Source: a virus
DNA length: 64,000 nucleotides
Virus record (IMG/VR): IMGVR_UViG_2864926767_000001
Reading direction: 5' to 3' (one strand)
Part shown: piece after piece, positions 40,764 through 50,380 of the stretch
Position numbering within the stretch: position 1 is the first letter of the stretch
Layout of the letters: every line of letters begins with the position of its first letter
Translations under genes and position numbers: made by a program
Notes under the pieces: generated by a model
Database searches by the model: none
The model's input: the letters and a program-made list of their open reading frames with translations, nothing else
Told to the model about the DNA's origin: nothing

Positions 40764-41717
40764 CTACGAGACAGCTTCGACGCTGAAGAACTTTGCTAGC
40801 ACTTCCATCAAAGCGTCGTAACGATCTTTTGGCAAATTTTCTTTACTCACGACGAGTTTGAGCTCGGTAGGAGTAACAGTCATATCGCCGACTTGAACGC
40901 CTTCATGCTTGATTACATGGTCAACGTTTACTTTCTGTCTTTTTCTTCTGGACTTAGGCGGCCCAGCAATAGCCGAAAGACGCCTGATAATTTCAGCTCG
41001 GCTAGAGATTTCCTTCCTGCTGTACAGTTTTATGCACTCCAAAAGCTCAGAGGTGATGCTCTTCTTTTTTTCTGCATCCTCTTCGTTAGCGCTGTACAGA
41101 TTGGTGATGTACATGGCCTCGTTACGGCCAAGTGCAGATGGGTAATCTGCTAGGGCATCTTTAACGACATCTGGCAAATTTCCGAATCGGACATACTTAG
41201 TCCAATCCTCATAAACAATACACAAACGCTGACGAATAGTGTCTTCGTCTTCGTGCAGCTTCTGGAGGTTATCAATACCAACCCAGATCTCAAAGTCGTA
41301 GGTTCGTACACGGCCGGCGTTCTCGGTCATGCACAAGTAAGCCATGTCCCGATCCGAAACGATCCTGATCACAGCCTTGACCGGGATTCCCAGGGCCTTA
41401 CAGGCACGCCAGCGACGCTCACCGAAGATGATCTCGTAACGCCCGTTTTTCTTGCGGACGCCGATAGCTTGTTGCTGTCCGTTTTCTTTGATCTGTGAAG
41501 CAAGAGCGTCGATTTCGTCCTGATCGAACTTCTGCCTGTTTTGGAATGGGTTAGGGATACAGAGTTTGTTGTCCAGCTCTTGTACCGTTTCGTTCTCCAT
41601 GGCCTCGTCAGTTTTAGTATATTGCGAGGCATAGGTTGAAACGGAAGGCTTTCCTTCTACAGGAGGTGTCGCTCCGCCCTGAAGATGGGCTTGAAGCCCA
41701 AGTTTTTTACTGGCCAT
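40764..41717 (-). CDS. parB: ParB/Spo0J CTPase partition protein
   Basis: PNPFQNR..F, LASQIKENGQQQAI.VR, IFGERRWRAC, TEN..R. Confidence 0.92.
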   Translation of the reverse strand: MASKKLGLQAHLQGGATPPVEGKPSVSTYASQYTKTDEAMENETVQELDNKLCIPNPFQNRQKFDQDEIDALASQIKENGQQQAIGVRKKNGRYEIIFGERRWRACKALGIPVKAVIRIVSDRDMAYLCMTENAGRVRTYDFEIWVGIDNLQKLHEDEDTIRQRLCIVYEDWTKYVRFGNLPDVVKDALADYPSALGRNEAMYITNLYSANEEDAEKKKSITSELLECIKLYSRKEISSRAEIIRRLSAIAGPPKSRRKRQKVNVDHVIKHEGVQVGDMTVTPTELKLVVSKENLPKDRYDALMEVLAKFFSVEAVS

Positions 41718-42585
41718 TTACTACCCCCCTTTGGGTGAGCTGCATGTCGTTAATGAGGTAATCACCCAGCTCATTGTATTTTTTCGACAGCAAACTACCC
41801 GGATTCTGCTGAATCGCGAATTGTTTGAAGTGAGTTCCCTCTTCCACTTCCACACGGTGAGGGATGTAATGCTCAAGGCGCGGTATCCCAGCGAGCATCT
41901 TTTCTTTCAAAAGCTCCCTGGAAAGAGCTGTGCGGGTATCAACTTTATTAAGAAGCACACCGCAGATCTTGAGGTTCTCGTTAAGCGCAACAGCTTCGTT
42001 GAACTCTTCAGAGCTAACGAAGTTTTTCAGGCCATCAATCGCATAGCCGCTTTGGTCAACCACATAAAGGATATGGGTGGCCAGAGACATGATTACTTTC
42101 GCGGCGTGATCCATTGCCGGAGTAGCGTCGATGATGATCACGTCGAATGGTAGTTCGGTCTGCTCTTCATCAAAGAGTACTTCGAGCTTTTGGGTCAGCC
42201 TGGAAACCAGTTCCACCAGAGCGCGAGGATCTTGTGCGATCCGGTTGATGGTGTTGCGCAGGCCCGGCTCTGCCGGAATGACATGAAGGTTTTGGAGTCG
42301 AGTGTGATTGAGGATGCAATCCTCAATTTTCATGTCTTTCTGGGAGATCAGATCAGAGAGCGGGAAACAACTCTCCCCCGATTCCGGATCACGAAGATGA
42401 TTTGTGCTGTTCATCGATTCGTCGAAGTCGATGAACAGAACGCGACGGCCTTTGCTTGCAAGCACAGCCGCTTCGTTGATCGCGGTGCTCGTCTTCCCCA
42501 CCCCGCCTTTGTTGTTTGCAAACGCGAGAATTTTTGCTGTGCGGTTACGGAGAACGTTCGTGACAGCGTTCAGCGCTTGATTCAT
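41707..42585 (-). CDS. parA: ParA/Soj Walker-type partition ATPase
   Basis: NNKGGVGKTS, VLFIDFD, DVIIIDATP, LLNKVD.R. Confidence 0.93.
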   Translation of the reverse strand: MNQALNAVTNVLRNRTAKILAFANNKGGVGKTSTAINEAAVLASKGRRVLFIDFDESMNSTNHLRDPESGESCFPLSDLISQKDMKIEDCILNHTRLQNLHVIPAEPGLRNTINRIAQDPRALVELVSRLTQKLEVLFDEEQTELPFDVIIIDATPAMDHAAKVIMSLATHILYVVDQSGYAIDGLKNFVSSEEFNEAVALNENLKICGVLLNKVDTRTALSRELLKEKMLAGIPRLEHYIPHRVEVEEGTHFKQFAIQQNPGSLLSKKYNELGDYLINDMQLTQRGVVNGQ

Positions 42586-43774
42586 GTCCTGCTTCCTTGA
42601 TCTGACGTCTAGTTATCGGTCTGTGCGTAAGAATATACCTTTTCTCTAAGGATGCGTCAAATCGTAAGGTAGACATTTTTCTCTAAGAAAGGTGACGCAC
42701 GATCTTACAAGGCTTGTCATCTGCAAAATGCAGTGCCCTCCCCTACTCCGTCGAATACCAACCGAGGAGCTCGCGTCTCACCTTGCCTCGGCTTTCTGCA
42801 AAATGCAGTTAAAGCTAAGCGTTATCCGTGCCTGGTTTGACTAGCCCGTGGTTCTAGAGTTCACGGATTAGCGAAACGTATGGGCTGGCCAGCTGCTCCT
42901 GTTGCTTCTGCATTTTGCAGTACATGAGGCAAGGCAGATGATCGAGTGTCGGATCGAAATCGCAGCTACCGTCTTGCTCTAGCAACCGATCTGAGATCAT
43001 CGGTCGGTGACGCGTAGGAAGTCCTGTCTTGACCTGGTTATTAGCTTCGGTCGTGAGAGCCGATTGATATCGCTTCACTCAACTCGACAAGACTTGAGTG
43101 AATCTCCCGGTTGCGAACTGCAAAATGCAGAAGCCCTGGGGCTCGATAGACGTAAACGAAAAGTAGTCAGCAAGGCCCGGATGCCATCAGGTTGGGATTG
43201 GTCACCCGGCCTTGCAGTTATACCGTTCCTTGGATGTGGAACTCGAAACATAACTCACCTTGGAAAGTGAGTTTTCGAGATGAGGTTTCTATGTCTTCGC
43301 CGAGCGATATCCAGAGCCTGGATTATCGACCTCTGGAGAATGCAGTAATCGTCTACCTTCTCGCCCGGTATGGCATCGGCATTGAAGGGTTTCTTATCGC
43401 CCGATGTAATGCTTTCTGCATTTTGCAGAAGATCACTGAGAGGCTTTGGAAGGGATGATGCTACTCAACAAATCTTCGTGGGTAAGGCCGGCGCTGAGCT
43501 CTTGAAGTGAGGGTTCTGCAAAATGCAGAAAGTGGCGAGCGCGAGAGGCTCTGCATTTTGCAGAAAGTCCGATTCGAGCCATCTATGAACCCCCAGGGCT
43601 GAGTGTTGGAGGCATCGGGTCTAGAGAACCTCTACGGAAGTCCCAGGGTTTCATTTTGATATCACGGTTGACCCCGCCATTTCCCCGAACCCCATGCTGG
43701 TCATTACGGGACACCTAGAAGCGAAACAGCCGGCCGACATGAAATCCTTCTGTCGTTGCAAGACTCCAGGAGAA

Positions 43775-43883
43775 GCTGGAGCTGGAGCTGGAGCAGGAAC
43801 TGGAGCAGGAACTGGAGCAGGAACTGGAGCAGGTGCAGGAACTGGAGCAGGTGCAGGAACTGGAGCAGGAGAAGGAGCAGGTG
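43775..43883 (+). repeat. Purine-rich tandem repeat (GGAGCAGGAACT)n / (GGAGCT)n
   Basis: Directly visible 6/12-bp periodic repeat. Confidence 0.9.
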
Positions 43884-45510
43884 ATGGTGCGACCAGGGCT
43901 TGTTTTGAGTGCTAGGTTGTCCAGGGAGCTGCGTGGCGGAATGACTAACCATAGACAGAGTAGGCGTGGCAGGCTAATGCATCGCCTGATGAGAGGTCGG
44001 GTCAGGGCAGACAGTAATGTCCTCGCGGCCTGCTCAAAGAACGCCACGCTCCGAGAAATGGAGGGGCCTTGTTCGACTCTCCTGAGCAAGGGCAAGCGTC
44101 TCTTCGTGCTCTTATTGCATGTCTGGACGCCTTCTCAAGGTGGGCGAGGCGCAGCAGTCAGCTTCGCGTTTAACCAATACCTGCAGTCGACGGAGCACCG
44201 ACTTCTGCATTTTGCAGAAGGAGCAAACTGGTTATATATCCGCAAATAAACGGATTTCTGTCATTTTAGTATCAAATTCTACATATGAATCCCGATATTT
44301 ATCGTCATTTCTTCTTCTGCATTTTGCAGAAAAAGCCTTCTCAGACGGCGCATCCATCTCCCTGAGACCCATGATCTGGGTTCTGCAAAATGCAGAAATC
44401 CTCGCGTTTGGCGGGTTCTGCATTTTGCAGAAACTGCCTCGTGTGACTTCTGCATTTTGCAGAAGCAGGTCGATGGGGCTGGCTCCTTTGGGGCTGGATA
44501 GTTTCTGCATTGTGCAGAATATTCGCAATGCGACCTCCCTTGAGCGGTTCTCGCCAGCAGTTCGGCTTCGCCTGCTTTGCATCTTTAGAAGGTTCCGCAT
44601 GCTTGTCGGGAGTCTTCCAAATGAGGTGATGATCTACTGAGGGTGGGGTGTTGTTTCTGCAAAATGCAGAAAGAGTCTCGCGTCTTGGAGTCTTCTTGCG
44701 GCGTACTGTTGGAGGGATGGGTTGGGTGTCGTTCGTTTAGCGGTTGGTAATCTTTTTTGTTACTGGCTTTAGTGGTGACTAGGTTGCCTTCTAAAGGTGT
44801 CCGCTTTGGCTTGTGGTACGCCTTAATGTTCCTGTCTTCTAATCGTGTATAGGTGTGAAGGATCTTTCTGCAAAGTGCAGAAGAAAAATTGACCCGTCCG
44901 CTTATTGATAGTGGTCGCTCCGTAGCGCGTGTGTCCTTGGCTAAAGCCTGTTGTATTTGAATTGCGCCGCCATCAGCTAAGCGAAATTCCATATGAGAAG
45001 AGTGCTCCTGGGGTGGGTTAGATGCGTGGTCAAATTCTTATGTTGTTGTCCATTATCTATCGGTTCGCTTTGAAGGTCGTGCCATGGTCGTGAGCTTAAG
45101 GGTTCTGAAATCCGATCTCCGTCCATCGCTATGGTTAGTCCCTGGGTTTGTCGTTAGTTGTTAGCGGTTTTGGCTTTGGATAGGGCCGATGTCGTGAGCG
45201 GTTGTAGTGCAGGGCTTTGCGTTGGGTGAGGTGCTTATTTCTGGTCTATGGGGTGTTAGATGTTGATAGGAAAACTGAGGAGGCCCAGGAGGTTAAGTGC
45301 CGGGGTGGTTAGCCCCTTTCTGTTATTCGCCTGGAACAGACGTGTTTGATAAGGCTTCGCTACTTGATGGCCAATGAGTCATGCATAGAAGTCTTTGACT
45401 GATCGCTTGCGAAGAATGCATCTCGGGATCACTCGCTGAGAGGAGAGCGCAATCCTGGGTGATGGCAGGGAGGAGGAGGGGAGGCTTGACTCAAGACATT
45501 GTTTGCATGG

Positions 45511-45526
45511 CTGTACATGTATACAG
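45511..45526. promoter_or_regulatory. Putative LexA (SOS) box
   Basis: CTGT-ACATGTAT-ACAG matches the gammaproteobacterial CTGT-N8-ACAG with an AT-rich spacer. Confidence 0.55.
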
Positions 45527-46135
45527 CCTAGGCTTCTGCATTTTGCAGAACGTCAATTTTGAAGGCACGGTTATGCTTGTTCGCATCTTGAAATGTCGCG
45601 GAGAAACACCTTGCGGTTCTGTCAGATTTTAAAATCAGAAAGCCTCTAAGGGGTGGCGCGATTCAGGGTGGAGCTTGAAGATCTTGATCATGTGAAAACC
45701 CGAAGCTCCGTTCCGGTCTGACTGAGCTTCTGGCTGAGTTGGAGGAAGAGGCGCGGATCAGCTAACCAGGGTGATCATGGGTTATGTGGTGGGTAGGGTG
45801 GTGGGGAGTGTTCGATCTTCTGATGGAGGGGGCTTTTTTTTGGGGGGTAGGTGATCGAACTCGGCTCGAGGCCAGGCGCTGTGAGCATATTGTGGTGTGT
45901 AACCAGTGTGCAGGTACATTAATCCAGATTTGTTAATCGTCGAAACCACTGTATTAATTGACATGTTGTCAAGTTTGATTACTTCACCTACTGTGTTGGA
46001 TATCAAATGGCTACACAGAATCAACTGCCTGTTCTGTGTAGCTAAACCGTAATGCGTTGCCTGGATACACAATCACCAGCAGCTCTATTACGGGGATTGC
46101 CAGTCATTCTGTGTTACCAAAGTAGGATTTGAGCT

Positions 46136-47917
46136 ATGGATACTCCCTTTGAACTGGCAATGAACTTGTTCGGGCCCGGTGAGGCTGGCGAAGGGCTGAT
46201 AACGCTTGGATTCTTTCTAGGGGAGGTTGAAGCTCAGACCATCCAGGACTCCATCCCATCTTGGTTCAGTCCTTCTTTCGAGGGCATAGCAGAGATAGTG
46301 CTTGAAGTGATGACGGAGAAGGGCCTCCTGAACGGCGCTCGATACCAAGAGCACCTGGACGTCTGGCGAAAGCACGTGATGGAGCTGACAGGGGAGGGGA
46401 AGGAGGTTATTCAACGGATCGGCTATGAACCTGTCGACCTTGGCTCTGCCTTCCTGGACGGGCACCTGTACTACCCGGTGCAGACACTGATTCGAAAGTC
46501 TTCCTTCGGACAAGGTGGGCCGGTCAATTCAAGCGAGCGCATTGACGTAGTAGTAATTCGCTCCGACCGTACACTCTTGGAGATCCGCGAATCGAAGGAC
46601 GAACACGGCCGGCGTACTGGGATTACGCGCCTGGACGATGGCACTCTTCTGCAAAAATACCCGGCTGGCAGCGATCACGCGACTTGGAGCTGGGAGAGCA
46701 TCCAGAGCTACCTACGCGAGGACTACCCCAGAAAACCCATTGCAAACCTCGCCATGCGGATTGTAAGACACCTTCGCAAAGCCGCTTGGCTGCCGGACGA
46801 AAATGATTACTGGGTACTGACGTGTACTGTGATCTGCTCCTACGTGCAGGCGATCTTCGACGCAGTGCCTCTGATCCTTCTCAATGGATCGCACAACAGC
46901 GGCAAGAGCCAGCTGGGCGTCGCCATGAAGGCGGTCTCGTGCAACGCAGTGATGATCGGCATGGTGTCACCGAGCTCCATGATGCGGCTTATGGATGAAG
47001 CTCGGGGCCTGGTGGTCATTGATGACCTGGAGTCGATTGGCGGAGCCGACAAGAGCAAAGGCAAGGAGAAGTTCAGCGACATGATGCAAACGCTGAAATT
47101 GTCCTACAAGAAGGAAACAGCCAAGAAGGTCATAACCAATCAACATCGGACTTCCGAGACAATGAACTTCTTCGGGGTCAAGGTCATCTCCAACACAGAA
47201 GGGGTGGACGAGATCCTCGGGAGCCGGATGCTCCATGTGAGCACAAGCCAGATTCCCAAGCATGAGGTCGATGACTTCCTGCAGCGAAGCGGGGTAAGCG
47301 AGTCTGAACTACGCGTTCTAAGGGACGATCTTCATACCTGGGCGTTTGACCACGTAGCCGAGATCAATGAAATCTACCAGGAAGAGCTTGCAGGGGCCTC
47401 AGAGCGCGAGAAAGAGATTGCGGCACCTCTACGCACCATAGCTCGCTTAATTCGCCTGGAAGGCGTCCTACAGGCCGTGGAAGAGGCGGTCGGGCGTAAA
47501 GCCCTTGCTCAGAGGACATTCTCCAGCGCCGAGGACGGTCTCAAAGCAGTGTTGAACGGCCTGGCCGGCGAGGGTAGGGCAGCCGTATCTGTTATCGAGA
47601 TCGCGCTGAGGCTTCGAGCTGTAATGCGAGTGCCAATCACTAGGAGGAATCCTCCGGTCTGGACGAAGTCTGATTGGGTGTCGAAGAAAGCCCGCAGCCT
47701 GGGCTATATCGACGAAGACCTGGGAAGAACACGCATCTACGGCTACCAGACCAAGCAACTCAAAATCAGCCCGGAGAAGAGGCTTGAGAACGGGGCTATG
47801 GAGCTCAGTGAAGCGAAGATCGACACGTTCTGCGGGGGGTGCAAGCGCTGCCCGTACAACAAGCTGCAGTGCGAAATCATGCCCGGCAGGCTCAAAAAAG
47901 AAGGCGTCCTGGGTTGA
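46136..47917 (+). CDS. P-loop ATPase, putative replication helicase/initiator (DUF3631-like), with C-terminal Cys cluster
   Basis: Walker A GSHNSGKS, Walker B VVIDDLE, ILGSR arginine-finger-like motif, C-terminal CGGCKRCPY...C; adjacent to the origin-like region. Confidence 0.65.
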   Translation: MDTPFELAMNLFGPGEAGEGLITLGFFLGEVEAQTIQDSIPSWFSPSFEGIAEIVLEVMTEKGLLNGARYQEHLDVWRKHVMELTGEGKEVIQRIGYEPVDLGSAFLDGHLYYPVQTLIRKSSFGQGGPVNSSERIDVVVIRSDRTLLEIRESKDEHGRRTGITRLDDGTLLQKYPAGSDHATWSWESIQSYLREDYPRKPIANLAMRIVRHLRKAAWLPDENDYWVLTCTVICSYVQAIFDAVPLILLNGSHNSGKSQLGVAMKAVSCNAVMIGMVSPSSMMRLMDEARGLVVIDDLESIGGADKSKGKEKFSDMMQTLKLSYKKETAKKVITNQHRTSETMNFFGVKVISNTEGVDEILGSRMLHVSTSQIPKHEVDDFLQRSGVSESELRVLRDDLHTWAFDHVAEINEIYQEELAGASEREKEIAAPLRTIARLIRLEGVLQAVEEAVGRKALAQRTFSSAEDGLKAVLNGLAGEGRAAVSVIEIALRLRAVMRVPITRRNPPVWTKSDWVSKKARSLGYIDEDLGRTRIYGYQTKQLKISPEKRLENGAMELSEAKIDTFCGGCKRCPYNKLQCEIMPGRLKKEGVLG

Positions 47918-47945
47918 GCAGGACGCCTCGACAGGGCTCTATCGG

Positions 47946-49475
47946 TCAGCGCGACATAGCTACCGACTGGTCTGCTTGCTTGGGCTGACGCAGCTGAGCT
48001 GGAACCTTCTGAGCAAGCTGAACCCGCAGGGCGCCGGCCATGAAGCGGAGCTTCTTCTCGTCGACCGAAAGTCCCATTTTTGGCAACTGATCGCAAAGCT
48101 TGGGAATGTCCTCTGCGAAATACGCCAACGCAGTCTTCTCGTCGATCCCCTTCACTTTCCGGTTGTAACCGGTGTGGAAGGTAAACAGCGCGTGGGCAAC
48201 GTCTGAATAGGCCGGGATCTCAATTTTGAGTTCCTGGTTGACGATCTCACGCACCAGGTCACTGAAATTACCAGTGGTCGAGAAGGACTTCAGTGCTTTG
48301 ATGTGCCGCGTCCTGAGGCTTGCGTAGTAGTTCTGCTCGACGGTGACATCAAGCTCCTGCGGAGCCTGTTTGACCTCGAGAGATGCCTCACGGTAAGTCG
48401 TCATTCCCCAGCGAACCTCGCCCGTTACCCAGGCCTCGAGGTTCTGGCCATGGATCTCGTTGAGCATGTGGAACGACTCAGGAGCGTACTTCATCAGGGC
48501 CGTGATGATCAGACCTGGAAGCTCCTCCGGAGTGTTGCCGGCTTCAATCGGGCGGTTGCAGTCTCGCAGGCCAATTTGTGCCAGGAAGATAACCAGCTTG
48601 CGAATGTCAGCCTTATGGCCGTATAGCCTCATTTCACGCCCGGCGCAGTCGCGCGCCAAGTTGTGGTAAGAGCCGTCAGTGCCGAAGGCATAGATGCTTT
48701 GCCCATGGGTATCTTCAAAGCGCTGGAAGCTGCAATCGATCACATCAGGCAGCACGTCATGGGCGCCGATCACGTCGCCAGAGAAGTGCCTACGACGAGT
48801 GCTCTGACCAACGCCGTTCGGGTTGATCTTGAGTTTGCTGGCAAACCGGCCTTCTTTGATGGCGTTCTTCACGTCATCGGATGCCAGGCCCAGGATGTTG
48901 TCGATAGACATGGCTTTGCCAGGCTTATGCCAGGCACGAGGCGCCACGCCCCCATCAGGGTTGTGGCTCGGGTAGTAATACATCCTGGAGGGGTTACGGC
49001 AGGACTGATCCATGTCGATGTTCTGCGCTAGCAGAACTTCGAAGCAAGTAGGCCACTGCTCTACAGGGATAGGTTCCGCGAGGCGAACCACCATCCTGTA
49101 TTTCCAGGGTGTTTCCACAGAGAAGTTGTGGGTCGAGTAGCAGACGTACTCATAGCCCTTGAATAGGTCTTCGGCGTACTGGAGCGCACCGATCTTGTCG
49201 AGGTCGATGACCAAGGCGGTCACGGACTCGATGTTGATGTCAGCCTTGAAGTGTGGAGTCCCATCCTTGGTGTAAACCGTCACGCATTCGTTGTCTGGCT
49301 TCATGGCAACCGGCATGAAGCATTCGCCGTCCTTGGAGCGGCGGAGGCGGTGTCTTAGCAGGTCTTCCTTGAAGTCGTCCCAAGACGGCTCCACGATGCC
49401 CTCGTCGACATCAAGGTCGAAGACATTATCGAGGTTCACAACGAACAGGTAGTCAGCGGCTTGGACTTCAGACAT
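47946..49475 (-). CDS. AEP-superfamily primase-polymerase (phage/plasmid prim-pol type)
   Basis: LVIDLD (motif A), YSTHN....P.KYR.V..L..PI (motif B), D.SC.N.SR.YY.PS (motif C). Confidence 0.75.
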   Translation of the reverse strand: MSEVQAADYLFVVNLDNVFDLDVDEGIVEPSWDDFKEDLLRHRLRRSKDGECFMPVAMKPDNECVTVYTKDGTPHFKADINIESVTALVIDLDKIGALQYAEDLFKGYEYVCYSTHNFSVETPWKYRMVVRLAEPIPVEQWPTCFEVLLAQNIDMDQSCRNPSRMYYYPSHNPDGGVAPRAWHKPGKAMSIDNILGLASDDVKNAIKEGRFASKLKINPNGVGQSTRRRHFSGDVIGAHDVLPDVIDCSFQRFEDTHGQSIYAFGTDGSYHNLARDCAGREMRLYGHKADIRKLVIFLAQIGLRDCNRPIEAGNTPEELPGLIITALMKYAPESFHMLNEIHGQNLEAWVTGEVRWGMTTYREASLEVKQAPQELDVTVEQNYYASLRTRHIKALKSFSTTGNFSDLVREIVNQELKIEIPAYSDVAHALFTFHTGYNRKVKGIDEKTALAYFAEDIPKLCDQLPKMGLSVDEKKLRFMAGALRVQLAQKVPAQLRQPKQADQSVAMSR

Positions 49476-49618
49476 GACGAGATCTCTCTATGACAATTCA
49501 TCTTAAAAGGTGATTTGTTGGGCGCGCAACACGTGCATGAGGGGCGGGCGGATAAAAATTGACCATGTACATCTCCTTTTGATAGAAATTGCACCCCACC
49601 TCAGGAAATGTTGCCTCC

Positions 49619-50257
49619 ATGAAGCACCTGCCCATCGCAGTCGACCTGGACGATGTTGTCGTCGTGTTCGGCCACACCCTGCATGCAGCCGCTGAAAAGG
49701 CCGGCCTGAACCCACCGAAGTTCGAGGACTGGTACACCTACAACCTCTGCACGCTGCTGAACATCAACCTCGAGCAGTTCTACAGCCTGATCATCAGGAG
49801 CGAAGTACTGAAGATCGCTCCAGTGGTGAAAGGTGCCAAGGCGGCCCTGGAGCAGCTCAAGGCAAGCGGGCACCAGCTGGTAATGATCACCTCGCGGGGT
49901 TATCACCCGGACGCCTACGCCATCACCATGGGCTGGCTGAAGCTGCATGGGATTCCTTGTGACGAACTGATCGTTGTTCCCGAGGGCATGACAAAGCCGG
50001 AAGCCGTAGCGCTGAAGTACCCCAATGGGTTCTCCTACATGATCGACGATTACCAGAAGAACCTGGCCGACATGAAGGCTGCAGGGATGGTTCAGCGTAC
50101 CGTCCTGGTCGATAAGCCTTGGAACAAAGCCCTCACCGAATACCGGATGGGCGTGAACCGGTTTGAATCGCTGGCCACATTCGTCGAGTCGCTGAAGGTA
50201 GAGGTCTGCCCACCAAGCCAGCGCCGGCAGGAAGAAGAAGCCGCACTGGCAATCTGA
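49619..50257 (+). CDS. HAD-family 5'(3')-deoxyribonucleotidase (NT5C-like)
   Basis: AVDLDDV, ITSR, K, IDD, PWN motifs. Confidence 0.85.
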   Translation: MKHLPIAVDLDDVVVVFGHTLHAAAEKAGLNPPKFEDWYTYNLCTLLNINLEQFYSLIIRSEVLKIAPVVKGAKAALEQLKASGHQLVMITSRGYHPDAYAITMGWLKLHGIPCDELIVVPEGMTKPEAVALKYPNGFSYMIDDYQKNLADMKAAGMVQRTVLVDKPWNKALTEYRMGVNRFESLATFVESLKVEVCPPSQRRQEEEAALAI

Positions 50258-50380
50258 CCCTGCAATTAGTGATATATTGGCGGCAGTGGTCTAACCCGAT
50301 TCCTACGGTCACTGCTGTCAATGTTATGGACATGGTCTGATAGAAGGCCAAGCAGGAATCATTGAATCCCGAGGCATTCA

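Larger units (their letters stand above)
42721..45550. repeat. Array of ~16 palindromes TTCTGCA(AAA/TTT)TGCAGAA in a non-coding region (parS/origin-like)
   Basis: Copies at 42721, 42796, 42908, 43118, 43414, 43514, 43550, 44203, 44315, 44381, 44416, 44448, 44503, 44655, 44866, 45534, plus a degenerate one at 43333; directly upstream of parA. Confidence 0.9.

Noticed and set aside
42854-44992. Short ORFs in the origin-like region (e.g. 44119..44640, 44232..44600, 43694..43915, 43833..44249)
   Set aside because: Their FCILQK/LQNAE and GAGT/QELE repeats are simply translations of the DNA repeats; there are no convincing RBS or domains.
42721-45550. CRISPR array interpretation of the repeated palindrome
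   Set aside because: Repeats are only 13-17 bp, occur in both orientations, have gaps from ~15 to >600 bp, and no cas genes are present in the window.
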